Counted from the whole stretch's first letter, positions 1 to 13,933 are shown. The stretch is DNA of 63,357 nt, filler included, from Intoshia linei (GCA_001642005.1; 4 parts of 4 records of this genome joined end to end with filler, not necessarily neighbours in it), one strand, 5' to 3'. Made by a program: numbers and translations. Notes: generated by a model not told the origin, from the sequence alone.

Positions 1-725
1 GATCACTATAGATTTTATCACTAAGTTTTATTATACTAATAAAATACATCAAAGAAAATTGGCTTGTAGATTTACAATACGTTATGCGTTTAAGTGTTAA
101 TAAGGATAAATTTGAAAAATGATAAAATTCGTGATTAAAATATTGTTTCGAAAAAGATTAATTAATAGATTTAAGAAAATCAATACAATAAAAAAAAATT
201 ATTCAAATTACATAGAAATGAATAAAATTATAATTTTTACGGCCAAAAATTTTGAAATCATCCACAAAGGGGCGGTACCACTTCGTTGAAGACACTGATT
301 ATTAGATTATACCGTAATATTTGTCCTTTTTTTTAAATTAAATCCAAATTTTCGGGGACGACGAAATATTGACACATTTTTCTTGTTCCAATAGTTTTAA
401 AACTTTTTACAAACCGATAATGTACACTTATAAAACTTCCAAATCAATTCATAAAATCAACACATAAATCAATTAAAACTAAAAATAATAATAAATATTT
501 ACCTTGTATATTTAGATTTAATTTTCTTTTTATCCGTAAAATATTGTTATTCAATAGCTGAAGCATAAATTACTATAGCGATAGTAACTTTTAAAATGAA
601 TGGTAATGGTAAATGAATTACCAATGAACAATTACGATACCAATTGCACAATGTGGTTGCATGATTAAATATATTGTAATTTTTAATTTTTATAATTTAA
701 TTTGATGGAATGTAGTAAATTATAA

Positions 726-2143
726 ATGGGAAAACGTTACAACATTGCCATGTTTACAGATTCCTTCTACCCAAAAATGGGTGGAATAGAAGTCCACATT
801 TTTTCTTTGGCGCAATGTCTATTAAAATTGAAACACAAAGTTATTGTAATAACCAGACAACTGGAAAAATGTTATGGGGTAAGATACATGGAAGGAGGAC
901 TGAAAGGTAAAGTTTAAATGAATGAATGCATATTTATTTAGTTTATTATATTCCTACTCTAACCGTATTCCCCGATTTTTTCTCGTCGTTTCCGTTGATA
1001 CGGTACATTTTGATCCAAGAAAAGATAAACATTATTCACGCTCATTCAGAAATGTATCATATTGGAATGGAAGCAGTAGCTTACGGAAATTTGATGAAAA
1101 TCCATACCATAATTACCCTTCACTCCTTATTCGGATTGTCTACTGAAAAAACGATACTTTTCAATTATTTTTTTAGTGCCATTCATAGATCATATTGCCA
1201 TTACATTTGCGTTTCAAATTCTACCAAAATCAACTTTTTGATGCGCTATCAAAAGGTTGAAATTAACGATGAACCGGGAAAATACACAAATATTAGTGTT
1301 ATTCCTAATGCTATATGCACCAATTTGTTCAAACCACTCAAATGTGTTTTTGATAAGACGGACTATTCTACAAAAATGTCTAAACCCCTCATTTACAAGA
1401 AAATGATTACAATCGTTATTGTCACAAGACTAGAATATCGGAAAGGCATCATGCTTATTCCTGGAATTTTAAAAAGGTTGTTTCATAAATACTCCAATGT
1501 TAATGTGATTATCGGAGGATCCGGCTCAAAGCGTATTTATTTGGAAGAATTTCGTGAAAAATTTGACTTGCACGATAAAATTAATATTCTCGGCGGAATA
1601 AGAAATGAGTTTGTTCGAGATGTATTGGTTAAGGGCGATATTTTTTTAAATACCAGTTTAACTGAATCTTTTTGTATCGCAATTTTGGAAGCTGCGGCAT
1701 GTGGTTTATATGTTGTGTCAACCAATGTGGGAGGTATCCCAGAAGTGGCTCAAAATTTAAATAAAGACATGATTAAATTAACTGAACCGTCTGTTTGTAG
1801 TTTAACAGAATCTCTTTTTGAAGCTATTGATTTTATTCGCACCACACCCACCAATATATTATCAAAATTAAAAAAAGAACAATATTTGTCCATTAAAAGT
1901 ATTTATAATTGGAATTGGGTTGCGGAAGAAACGTGCAAAATTTACCAAAAAATTTCATTACGAAAGCATAGGGATAAACGGTACATTTTACGGGGAGTTT
2001 ATCAACACGTTCATCATCCAATAAATTTGTTGTTTATTGTATACTCTTTTGTTATGTGGTTGTGGTTTATTGTTTTGCAGTTTTTGTTTCCTATGGACAA
2101 AATTGAATCTTGCGATATTGATGATTCGAATTATGAAATTTAA
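726..2143 (+). CDS. PIGA: Phosphatidylinositol N-acetylglucosaminyltransferase subunit A (PIG-A/GPI3); exons 726-906 and 942-2143; 460 aa
   Basis: N-terminus has the PIG-A motif 'DSFYPKMGGIEVHIFSLAQCL...HKVIVIT'. Removing a 35-nt GT-AG intron (907-941) gives 'GLKVYYIP', as in PIG-A. Also GT4 motifs 'RLEYRKG' and 'LNTSLTESFCIAILEAAACGL' (EX7E), and a C-terminal TM helix. Confidence 0.95.
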
Positions 2144-2266
2144 ATGTATTTTTGTTTTGTTTTATTAAAAATTGATTACAACCTTTATAAGCACTCAAAT
2201 TCAATAAAATTACAAATATTTTATAAACTTTATACAATTACATTACAATTTAAAAATTTTATAAAA

Positions 2267-5200
2267 TTATTCTTTTTTTTGGTTGTTCTTTTTGACTATT
2301 AAATCAAGTTGTTTTTTTGATTTTTTTTTGTTTAAATGTTTTTTTTGAAAATTGCTATTTTTTATCAGTTTTTCAGTTAAGGGATTTTGATCTCGTTGAA
2401 GTGGTGAAGGTGGTCTATCAGTATACATATTTTCAATTATATTAAGTGGATTGATGCACATTTTATCATGTAGTGATAAAAATAAAGGTATATATGTCAG
2501 ATAATCGATAAATGAAATCTAAATTATTAACATGTTAATAATAAATACACTATTAAGTTGTGTTTCCCAAAATAGGCCTTTCTGAAAACGAAAATTTTAT
2601 TTTTTCATGTACTGTCAATGTTTTTAAAATTTTTTTAAGTGAAATGAATCAAGTTCATTCTCTAGAGCAGCGCTTTCCAACAGGTGTGTCGCATCATATT
2701 TATGTGTCGTTGAAAATTTATATTATTTTTTGTACATTTTTAGTGTGTTGCGAAAGTTTTTATGAAATGGGGATTAATTAATTTGTCAGTATTTTAATTA
2801 AAATACTGACATTTTTTAATAAAAAATTTTCTGTATTTTCAACATAAAATTGTCAGTATACACATTAAAATATCAGTAATAAAAAGTATTTTGTCAGTAT
2901 TCAATTACATATTTGTCAGTTTTTAATTGCTTTCTTGTCAGTAAATATATTAACTAGATCAGTATTCATTCTAAACTAAATTATACTAAAACATCCATGA
3001 AAGCACTTCTTAAAGCAATTTTATCAACCTTTAAGGGAAAAATCTCTTTTTTCCAATATTTTTTTAAAAAACTTAAATTTTATGTATTGTATGGGTTACT
3101 GTGTATTTATATATTTATATAATTACACAAGATTTATAAAATTGCATAAACTATATTATAAAATATCAAAAATAATAATTTTTCAAGTTTTAATAATAGG
3201 TAAAGTGGAATTTTCCCTAAAGGTTTGATAAAACTCATGGTTTATTTATGACTCTAAACTAAAGCCTCTAGTACAAGAAAACTTGTATTAAGAAAATCAA
3301 AATAAAACGAAAAAGTGTGAACCCGGTATTACAAAAATGCTATTTTAATTTATCTGTTATTAAAATGATTTTTTTACGATATATACTCAATTTTATTAAA
3401 TATGGGTAAATGAATACTTTTTGATGATTCAATAAAACGGTAGGACGGATAATCTGCTAAATATTTGCTCAAGTGTCTTTAGTTTATTAAACTTTATATA
3501 GTTGGTTACTTTTTAAAATGTTTATCAAACAAGTAAAATAATACCTTTAGTTTTAGTTTCAAAAATTTCTTGGACTCTAAAGTTTTTCAGGCCCCAAAGA
3601 CATCACTGTCGAAATGCATGGTTAGTTAATTAGATATCTAGGGCTATTTGCTATTTTTGCATATTAAAAAAATCAAAATGGAATATCTCGGATATAATTT
3701 ACTTACATTGTCTTCTAGTCAATATTACTGACTCTTTAAAATTAAAAATGATACATAATATATTTACCTCATTATAAATGTTTTGGGTCAGACGATTAAT
3801 GACATATTTTTGTTGATCATAGTTCAATCCTCCTGCAATTAATTCAATTTTTAATATTTGAGATGAAATGTAATTTTTGTCTGTTTGATATTCCAGATTA
3901 CAATAAAAAAGAGATCGATATAGGACCATCTTTCTTTGAATGTCTACTGTATCGGAAATTTCCAAGAGTTTTTTACAATAAGAGCTGTAATTAAATTAAA
4001 AGTATTATGATAATCTCATTAAAAATCTTTGACTACCATAAAGATGAGATCAATATCAATTAACATTAAATTGGTTAACTGACAAATTAAATTGGGTTAA
4101 AAAGAGACATTGAATCAATGTAATTTAGTAATTATAAACTGTTTTAGTACATATTTGCAATGGGTCGGAAACGTATAACACGAAAGTTAATTTAATTTTT
4201 AATTTAAATTAATTTTAAACATGGTAAGTCGAAAATTTTATCATTAAACCTCGCTTCGGAAATGATGGTCATAATATACTTTCATTCAACTCATTGGATT
4301 CATGAAACAATACGATTAAAAATATTTTGATTATGCTTAAATTTCTCGTTACCTTCTTGTACAAAAATTTTGGTACTACATGTTGGACCAATCAAATTGG
4401 TGGGGTCGAGGACATTTAAAAAATAATTAGCAATGAAAGTCAGCACTTTTTACTGAATTTATAGTAAAACTTTCAATATTTAAATTAAAGTGCACTTTAC
4501 ATTAAATTTAATATTTTTAATTTCATATGGTCTACATCAAGGGCAATTGGGGGAGCGATTAAAAAAAATTATAAAAACATAAATAGAAATTTTTTTAAAT
4601 ATATTTCAGTATAGTAAAATTGATGCGGTACCAAATTTAAAATATAGTTCCTTGTCAATGTTCATTGAATGTTTTTGTTATAACTTATAACAAAAGTATC
4701 AATAAGTTATAACATTTTATTTATTAATTACACTGTGTATTCGAAAAATGATTTTAAATGGATAGAGTGGAGCGTTGATGATTTTTTTGGTTATAAGGGC
4801 ATATTTTTATAGCAAGTTTGGGATCCAATGATATAAACAGTGACAGTAATAAATATATTATTTTTTAATCAATATAATAATATAATTTTCAATTTTTTAA
4901 TTATTAATATTTAATTAAATATCGACTTCGACATAATGAGTTGACTCAAAAAAAAATTAATTACTTATTAAATAAATTTTTTAGGGGGCGGTAGACAAAA
5001 TGAGTTTGAGAACCCCTGGTCTACGTGTTTGAGTATGTGATTACTCCTACAAATGATAAATATATTTCTAAATACATTATGTTAAATGTATTACTCCATT
5101 TGCGTAACCCTTTCGGCTACCGCTACCATAACAGCAAACATTCTAAATGTTAATTTTGTAGTATCTTCGAATCCCAAAATACTGCTAATGTAATTCATCT

Positions 5201-8200
5201 GCTTTTCAGAAATTTCCCCAACACTTGGAACAGACAAAACAGCCTCTTTAACCCTCTAAAACAGTTTGATTATTAAAATAAAGCGACAGTAATAATTAAA
5301 TCCTGAATATTGGAAAAACGATTTAATCGGTTTGTTTGATATTTATTGATATTTTATTTGATAATTATCAAATAAATTGTCAATCTAATCTAAAAGTGTG
5401 GAAGCATTCACTGTTAAAAAACCGCATTAACGTCTCAAAAAATTTTAATAAGGCCGCACCTTCTAAATAAAATTTAATCAAATCTAGCAATGCTTCTCAT
5501 GGGGGTGATCAGTTACCCCAAGGGTGAATAATTTTATTAGGGGTGAATACGAAAATTTTAGATGATTGGTGGTGAATGATAAATTTTTAGCATATTTTAT
5601 TAAATTTAGTAGAATCTTATGAAAAAAACCGTTTATTTCAATAACCAAAAACCCCAGATTTATAAAAAACACAAATTCCAAGTCAGTAATTTCCGGGGGA
5701 GACAGTTAGATAAATGCCAACCTCAGAAACTTAAACCTTCCCCGTCAAAAACCTATATATTCTTTTTTTTTAAATCAAATGAGTTCTTAGAATCAAAAAA
5801 ATACAATCTAATATCGATTTTAAAAACATGAACATTATAATACATTTCAATTTCAAAAAGGTATATACTTAGAGCCAAAACTCCAAATTACCCTTTTATT
5901 TAAAAATAAAAAAAGTCGTAGAATTTTATAAAACATATCAATGTATATTAATAACAAGTTATACACGTTTTTGTACAGGTCTAAACTCTCAACACAATAT
6001 AAAAAATACGTCTCCGTCAATTAGAGAATCCATATCATAATCTTCAACAACAAATGCCCTAGCATATGAATAAATTTTGTTAGGTTCAACCAATTGATAA
6101 TGGTTAACAAATTCAATATCCTTATCTAAAATAAATAAAAGTTAATAACTAAATATATCCACTTTCGTATGGTATTGAATCGTTAGATTCAACTAATTGT
6201 GCGTTCAAAATAACATTTTGCATGTGTTTTATCAATGAATCTCCTCCCCTCTTTAAAAGAATTCTTGTTCTCTTATGTCCTTGCACTAAAATTATTTAAA
6301 ATACACAATCAATACAATTACAGGTATCTAAATCTAAATCACTATCATTTGCTAAATCATTAGTGTTTGCGTCACTACATTCGCTAAAAGTTTTTGTTGC
6401 AATCGTTTTTCCCGCAGCTTGAATATGAATATCCTTTCCAAAATGTTTCTATACAATATATCAGGCTGGTCTAATATGTGGCCACTGCCCAGCGAATATA
6501 TTTATAAAATTATATATGTTCAAAAAAGGTCGGGAAACATATAATACATAATATTTAAATGTTCATTAAAATGGATTGATCTAGTTACTTTAAAAAATTT
6601 GTTTACCCACAGATTTTTTCAAAGATAAGAATATTTGCATCTTACAATTACGAAATTAACCTCCATTTAAGTTTTTCGAAGGGAACGAAATTTGGCAATC
6701 ATTGTGGTATGATATAAATGCTAAACCTTTAGTTTAAGAGCAATTTCTTTTTCATCCATATTCGTCTTGTCTATACCTAATTCCATCAATTTTTCATTAG
6801 AAATTTTAGAAATTTCCAATATTTTTTTTGGTTCAATGAATTCTTTCTTGCCTATTTTTTGTCTACGACGAGAACGTGACATTTTCCTTTTTGGTAATTT
6901 GTCTTCTTGCTTCTTTACATCTGTCTAAAATTAAAATAGAAATTCATAAAATACAACTACAACTGTATATTAGAAAATTCATTTGAGCAATGTATTGTTA
7001 GAGCGATACACCTCAGAGCAGTGTTTCCATATTTAAATCGTGTACGGACCCCCATTTTAAAATATTTATTTAAGGAAAAAATAAATATAAAACATTAATT
7101 AAAAAATTAAAGATTTGTTAAAATAGTATTTTTCAAAAAAGTATTGGAAAAAGGGGATTTCTCCATGAGGGTTTGAAATTGTACTTTTTATTAAATTTTA
7201 TAAATAGTTGTATAAAAGTGGGATTTTCAAAATAATAATATTAACGGCCTTCTAGGCTTTGGGATAAATTCCTAAAGTCTTACAACTTTGTAATAAATAT
7301 TAAAAATTCTCCTATAAAAATAAAAAAGACGATCAAATTTTTTTTAATTTTTTTAAATCACACGGACTCCACGCATATAGTTTTGGGTCCCGGGATCCAA
7401 TCGGGAACCACTGCCTTAAAGCGACATAATCATCGATTTGGTTAATTAATCATATTATTGATTTTTTGACTAAAATTTTTTCACGCAATTTTTAGAGATA
7501 TTGAAGAACATATAATTTGGCCAAATTTTGGTAGTGTTTTTAACAATTTTTAAAGATTTTAATGTTATTTTTAGTCCCAAAATTTTTAACATTTTAAAAA
7601 AACTTCAAAAGCTTCAAAAAAATTGAATGAAAAAAATGTCCACTAAAGACCCTACTTAATAATAGTTGCAATATTATCTTCATAAATCATTAATAATTAT
7701 TAATTATAATTGAGTAAAACAATTTTACCTAAAAAAACCGTGATAAATTTTATAATAAAATCAATATGATAAATTAGTAAAATCGATGATTATGCCGCTC
7801 TAAGATGTATCGCTCACAAACCTTAAAAGATTTTTTGCGAATTTTTTTTTCGATAAATTTTCCGGTATCAATATCCAATTCCAATTGATATTGAATAGAT
7901 TCCTCACTATTTTGAGATACTTGAAGAAAACTGGAAAAATCTTGGTTCTTTTGTGTAGATTTTCTTTGAATATCCCTAAAGGGTTTATCGACATTCGTCT
8001 AAATTCAATGATAAAATTCTCATCTACATAATAAAAATATTTTGTAATCAATTACAAATTTTTCTTTTTCATTATTTGTCAAATGTGAATCTTTTTCTGG
8101 AACTTGTTTAGATAATGTTACTTTTTCATCTCTAATTAATTTAGATTTTTCTGATTTCTTCCAACTGATTGTAATATAAAAGAAAATACAAATTTGACAA

Positions 8201-11200
8201 AAAATTTAAAAATTTAAAAATTTTAAAAACTTTTAAAATCTTAAAAAATATAAACAACAAAATGTATAATACAGTAAGTCCATATATTTATATTTGAAAA
8301 TTGATAAATTCTGTTAATATGAACTTTGACCGTACTATTACATCCATGTAATATTAAATTTACTTTTCATGAGCGAGACCAATAGAAGGAGTTTTAAATT
8401 TTCTAAATGTGTGTATATCAATTACTATTATAATTAAAATAAATGCAAATAATAAATATAAAAACATACACCAGCTTTTTCTTACGAACAGTATAATTAC
8501 TACCATCATTATCCAGATATTGTTTATCAACATTGTCGCCAAAACTATAATTCGACTCACTGAGTGATAAGGTATCTACTGAACTAAATTGAACAATAAA
8601 CATTTCATTTTAAATTCAGCTACCTTTTATGTTTAACTTTTTCAAGTTTTTTTTTATAAACATTTCGTTTTTTACGTCTATTTTTTGACTTTTTGGTTTT
8701 TTTATTACTGGAATCACTGACACTTGGCGAATTATTATCGACATCAATTTTAAAAGTAACTCTATTACTTGGCTTATTCTTGGAATTAATTAAATTTGTA
8801 GTATCAATAATTTTTTCTTGATCATTTTTAATGGCATTATTGGCACTTATTTCATTGTATATATTATCAATATCATTTTTTGAAATTATTTTTGAATCGC
8901 GGTTTTCTCTATTCAATCTCGATGTGCTTTCATCGCTTATGCTATTATTTTTCACAGTAAACTTTTTTTTCATGTACCTCAATCTTTTAGAAACTTTTTT
9001 TTCTGATGTATCATTTTTTGTTAAAATCTTTGATTCATTAATCTGACTACTCGATGATTCGACAAAATCACTTTGTGTGTTAATTTCATTTTCACTTTCG
9101 TTTATAATATTAAATTGAATAGATTTTAAGTCTGCTAATCTTTTACCCTTTTCTGTGTTATTCATGTTTACTGTGAATTTATTTTCACTCATTTTTTTCG
9201 TTTCTTGTACACTATCATTAACATTTTCAAATTGTTTAAAAATATTTTCTGTTTTGTTTTTCAGTTTATCAGACTTTTTTGTGTTGGATGCAATTACATT
9301 CGATGTTATTGCGTTTTTTGTTTCATAGGAAAATGCATTTGTGCTTGAAATTACTACCTTTTTCTTCCGTTTTTTTGGTTCATATGTTGATTTTTTTAAA
9401 TTGTCGAGTTTGTGACCGCTTATTAATTTACATTATTAATTATACAGGCCTGGCTCTTAAAGGTGACCATTTTTCCGGAATTAGTTACTTTTTTAGGTGT
9501 TAAATTAAAATATCGAAATTTCAAAAAATATAGAAAAGTTGCCATTTTTATAGAATCGCAAATTTTGAAATATTAAAATAAATTGGAGAAATTTTTATAA
9601 AAAATTTACAATTTTCGGAAAAGTGGTCACTTTTAAAGCCTCGAATGTAATCTTATTTTTTGGTAAGTAAAATTAAAAAATTTAATGAAAATTTATATTG
9701 AATGCCTGTTGCGTATAGCCAAACGTATCGACAGTGCTAGATTTTATTTGCAGTGCCGAACCTACAGTAGTCACCCCCTTTTCGGTGGGGGTTTCGACGA
9801 AATATTTGTAAAATGGTGGCTCATTTTTCCCAATTGAGCATCAAAAAAAATATATTCTTGAGTATCATTACTTATGTTTCTCTAACATAATGATAAATTT
9901 ATGTTACATTTAAAATATCAAGTCAAGAGCCTTATAGAGGTTGTTAGGGCTATATAACACTATTCCTTGCATATTTTGTGAAAAAATATTTTTAGGGGCC
10001 TATTTTTCACTTTCGGGTGCCTCGAATTTGGGTAGGTTCGGCTCTGACTATTAGTACCAAGTATATAACAAAAAAGGGTTATTTGTGGTTTTATTTATGG
10101 ACGTGAAGATATAAGATTTTGGAATTGATCATAATGTTGATAATTTTATAATTTTTATCAGATTGTGTATTTTTTATAATTTTAGGACTCTTTTGAATTT
10201 TAAAAAAAGTATAATTAGGGTTTTTGATATTGAAGGCTTAAATTTGTGAAATTTAAATTTTTACGTAGGTATTTTTATATTATTATTACAGAAAAAAGAA
10301 TAGGTATTATGTATATAATGGGATTTTTTTAAATTCTAGGACTTGGTTTATTTAATTTTACAAAATAATGGGTAATTTGGCGTTTAACCGTGAAGATTTA
10401 AGATTTTGACTTTAAAATTTATGTTAATTCTCATCATAATAAAATTTTAAAATCTGTATCCATACACTGTATATTTAAAAAAAAGTTTAACTTGAATTTT
10501 TCACATTAAAAAACTCAATTTATGAAAATGAAATTTGCAATAAAAAATGTTATTAAAATTCTACGCCTATTACTTACTTAAATAAACTAGAACAAACAAA
10601 TAGACAAACAGACAAAAATTTTAACATTTTAACATTTTTAACTAAATCTAAATTTTGTGTGTTACAGTCTAATTAAAACATTAAGATTCGTAAAAATTAA
10701 AAAAACCCATATGCAACACAGTTTTTGGAGAGTGATGTTTTATCGCAAATTTTATTTTCATAAATTGAGTCCTTCAATGTCAAAATCTCAAGTTATTAAA
10801 ACATAAATCTGTGACGCGTTTTAAAATCATTAATGATTTTAATAACATTGACATTAATAACATTGTCGTAAATATGAACATCAGAAACTTACATTGTCAA
10901 GTCAAACCCATTTTATTCTTTTTTTAAATTATAATTATAAAAATTGACTATAATCAATTGAAAAATGAGTCTTAAAATTAAAAAGTAAATTTTAAGGGTT
11001 TTTAGTTTTTTAAAGATTTTGAAGATCCCATAAAATTTTAAAAGTATTCCCAATTAAAACCCTACAAATTTTTGGTCATTGCCATTAAAGAAACCTTGAA
11101 GAAACCACTAAAATATTGTCAAAAAATAAATAATATCATTAATTAACAAAATCGATGATTATGTCGCTCTGACAATACATCGCTCAACTGAATGTTCACC

Positions 11201-13933
11201 TAAACCAGGGGTGCACAACCTGCGGCCTGAGAGTGTTTATTTGCGGCCGTGGGTAATCGATGTGATCATAATGAAATACATTGTATATATCATTTTAATT
11301 CAAATTGAAAAGTTTAAATCAGATTTTATTCAAGGATTATTCAATTTTATTAATATTTATATCAAAAAGTTACATTATTGTATATGTATATATATTACAT
11401 ATATACTTTCTCAAAATGGATTTAAACTTTCTCAATGCCAAAGTAAATTTTGTGCGGCCGTAGTATCAATGAATAAAGCAGCTTTGCGCCCAAATTGGTA
11501 GAAAGGTTGTGCACCCCTGGCTTAAACCTATAAACTTCATAAAAAATTACTCAACGTTATCCAGGAAGTTTTCATTATACATTATTTTGGAAACCGAACT
11601 TTTATGTGTGTTTGGTCTATCAATATCTAAATTAATATTAATGTAAAGTAAATAAATTGGTTATTAATTAGAGCTTCTTAATATTTTTCAAAACGATTAG
11701 ATTATAATATTATTATTATAATAAGAGTATAATTATACTTTACAAATAACGTGAAAAGTAATATAATCAAACCCACATTATTATGTAACGACACAATGCA
11801 AATACGGGAATAATAAATAAAAATAAAAATACCTTTAGGACTTGTAACTCTCATCGATTTTAACTGTATCTGTTCAGTATCTTGTGCGTCTAATTCTACA
11901 TCTTCTTGCCCATGTTCGTTTTCTTTATCAATTTCTTGTTCTTTAACACTAGTTTCATATTTAGCCTTAATCTTTTGAGTAAAATCAAATTTTTCCTGAA
12001 TTGATTTCTTTCTATATTTAATGGAATTTAATTCCGCTTCATTTAAATTATTTAAATCTTCCAATATATTTAAATTTATATTGTTTGCTGAAGCTATACT
12101 CAGTCTTTTTTCACTTATAGAATGTTTTGATCTGATGGAAAATCTATGTACTTTTTTATAAATTTCTGTTTCTGTTTCTATTTCTATTAATTTCTGCGTT
12201 TCCTTTTCCTTTTCAGTTTCATCTTCATCTTTATTTTTTACTTTAATTTCTTTTAATTTTTCAGCTCCATTCTCGATTTCACCTTCATTTATATTTTTAT
12301 TTCCATGTACTTTTTTAATTTCATTTAATTTTTTAAATCCGTTTTTATTTTTGTTAAAATTCTCATTTTCATCTATTTTTTGAAATTCTTTTTTATTGTC
12401 TTCTTTCAATATTTCTTTACTTTTAAAATTTACTCTTATCTTTTGATTATTTTGTATTTGTATTTTTTCTTTTTCTTCATTTTTATAATTTTTGATGGTA
12501 AATATGTGTTTTTCTCTATGAATTTGATCTGATAATTTATTTTCATCATCAAAATATAACTTATCTGATTTATTCTCAGTGCATGTATCATTTGTACTTT
12601 TTATTATTTTTCCAACAGATTTATGATGAATGAGTTCATCAATTTTATCATCCATTTCCCATATTTGGCTGAATTTTTTGTCAGAATCTTGAATTTCAGT
12701 TTGATTAACTGTTTCATTTCCTTTTTTTAATGAAAAAATCTTTTTTTGTAATTTTTTCATAGCATTAGATAATGTGGTACTCTTAAAAAAGTGTTGATGG
12801 TTTATTTCTTGGTTTATATCATTGATATCTTTTGATTTGTTAAATTCCAAAGGAGTAAATTCGGTCAAATTGAATATACTACTTCCAGAAAAACTGTTTA
12901 CATCAAAATATTCATTCAATAAATCTTTTTCATAAATATTTTCATTCATCAATTCTTTTTTTTCAGTAATTTGGTTAAAAGGTGTTAAATTGAAATATTT
13001 TACAATTTTTTTATCGTCATTTTTATCATTTTTTTTATTAGATTTAATTTTTAAATTATCAACAGTTTTTGTCCCGCCAAATTCGGTGTCGTTATTCGGT
13101 AAAATATAATCTACTGGCCAGAATCCCAATTGAGGCATTTGTTTTTTAAAATATGATTTGAAAATTTTGTTGGAATTTTTAGGATGTTTTTTTAATTTTT
13201 TGTAATCCGATTTCTTTACATTTAGAGTTTTAAATATTTTTTTGCCGCTAAATGTTCTTGTTCTAATATGTATTTTTATTGATTTTGGATCATGTTTAGC
13301 TAAAAATAGTTAAAATTATTATAATTATAATTATTTTTTTTAGGGGTCCCAGTACCCCATTGCGTAACCGCTTCCGTATAGTAATATATTACTCAGTTTG
13401 TAAATATTATGCAGTCTGTCATGATTTGTTGGTTTTTTGATCCTTACTTCCTATATTGCCATATTAATATTAATAATATAGTATAATATATACTAAATCA
13501 ATCATTTTATCCAAAATTGCTTTGATATACCAGTAACTATGCCTATAACCTCCACCGATTCGTATGTATTTATGCTAAAAAGCATATAAAATTTATAATA
13601 AAAGGATAATTTGTCAATTTAAAATGATTAATATTTTTAATACAAAGTTTCAGAACCCAAAACTTATTTTTACATTAAGTATTATTAAATATACATATTA
13701 ATAATGTTAATATATATAAATGTATGTATTTTTGAAATTTTGCAATTTTGAAAATTTTTACCGATATACAATCGTGGTGTTCCAGGTTTAGCATGCATTT
13801 CCAACATGCAATGTTATACTTTTGTTTTTTACTTAGTTCCTTATTTTGATGGGATATTACTAAAATTAAATATTGATGATTAAAGATGGATAAATGTATG
13901 AAACATTAATAAAAAACTTGTTTACTTGGACAT
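2267..13933 (-). CDS. Uncharacterised ~1340-aa protein: long K/N/E-rich low-complexity region plus C-terminal EF-hand-like domain; 16-exon model
   Basis: Hand-spliced with consistent phases and GT-AG at each junction: 13926-13933 (tentative), 13531-13574, 11833-13299, 11551-11626, 8624-9418, 8470-8583, 8364-8402, 8056-8164, 7822-7998, 6727-6924, 6322-6448, 6163-6285, 6010-6125, 5095-5255, 3768-3984, 2267-2518 (sum 4023 nt). C-terminus reads 'YARAFVVEDYDMDSLIDGDRVKEAVLSV...LTFRMFAVMVAVAERVTQMD...LKIELIAGGL...ISFIDYLTYIPLFLSLHDKMCINPL'. The 3' exons are firm; the start codon is tentative. Confidence 0.72.
2784..2965. repeat. Perfect 28-bp palindrome followed by a ~22-nt-periodic TGTCAGT array
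   Basis: TGTCAGTATTTTAATTAAAATACTGACA (2784-2811) is self-complementary. (TG)TCAGT(A) recurs at about 2851, 2873, 2892, 2914, 2936 and 2958. Confidence 0.6.
4538..5018. mobile_element. hAT (Buster-type) MITE
   Basis: Right end GTTTGAGAACCCCTG; degenerate left end CAAGGG; 8-bp flanks GTCTACAT / GTCTACGT (7/8, NNNTANNN pattern). Confidence 0.6.
7001..7815. mobile_element. MITE with ~36-bp GAGCGATACA... TIR; left TIR split by a nested hAT MITE
   Basis: Left end GAGCGATACACCTCAGAG[insertion]CGACATAATCATCGATTT matches the reverse complement of 7780-7815 (AAATCGATGATTATGCCGCTCTAAGATGTATCGCTC). A similar right end lies at ~11149-11185. No TSD seen. Confidence 0.65.
7019..7413. mobile_element. hAT MITE nested in the TIR of another MITE
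   Basis: Ends CAGTGTTTCC ... GGGAACCACTG; 8-bp flanks CCTCAGAG / CCTTAAAG (6/8). Confidence 0.65.
9445..9647. mobile_element. TA-flanked MITE (Tc1/mariner-superfamily-like)
   Basis: TA|CAGGCCTGGCTCTTAAAGGTGACCATTTTTCCG ... CGGAAAAGTGGTCACTTTTAAAGCCTCGAATG|TA imperfect inverted repeats. Confidence 0.5.
9751..10046. mobile_element. MITE of a CAGTGCCGAACCTAC-TIR family
   Basis: TIRs CAGTGCCGAACCTAC / GTAGGTTCGGCTCTG. Related copies or fragments at 24479-24650 (inverted), ~21590, ~38021-38200, ~43321-43535 and ~55140-55155. Confidence 0.65.
11206..11519. mobile_element. hAT (Buster/Charlie-type) MITE, 314 bp
   Basis: Perfect 16-bp TIR CAGGGGTGCACAACCT / AGGTTGTGCACCCCTG; subterminal GCGGCC motifs; flanks ACCTAAAC / GCTTAAAC (6/8, central TA). 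Confidence 0.85.

Noticed and set aside
502-566. Minus-strand ATG...GT mini-exon (MLQLLNNNILRIKRKLNLNIQ) divergent from PIG-A
   Set aside because: The nearest acceptor (~479) gives stops in all three frames; no supported continuation in the window.
922-1146. 74-aa ORF, and the 926 start of the 405-aa ORF
   Set aside because: The first is an alternative frame over PIG-A; both ATGs lie inside the 35-nt intron.
8273-8310. Extra candidate exon in the large minus-strand gene
   Set aside because: Including it shifts the frame into a stop; direct splicing from 8364 to 8164 keeps phase.
8831-9046. F/L/I-rich plus-strand ORFs (also 9279-9503, 20176-20388, 61454-61934)
   Set aside because: Antisense shadows of K/N/E-rich minus-strand exons.
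11211-11501. 96-aa ORF
   Set aside because: Lies wholly inside a hAT MITE and has no transposase motifs.
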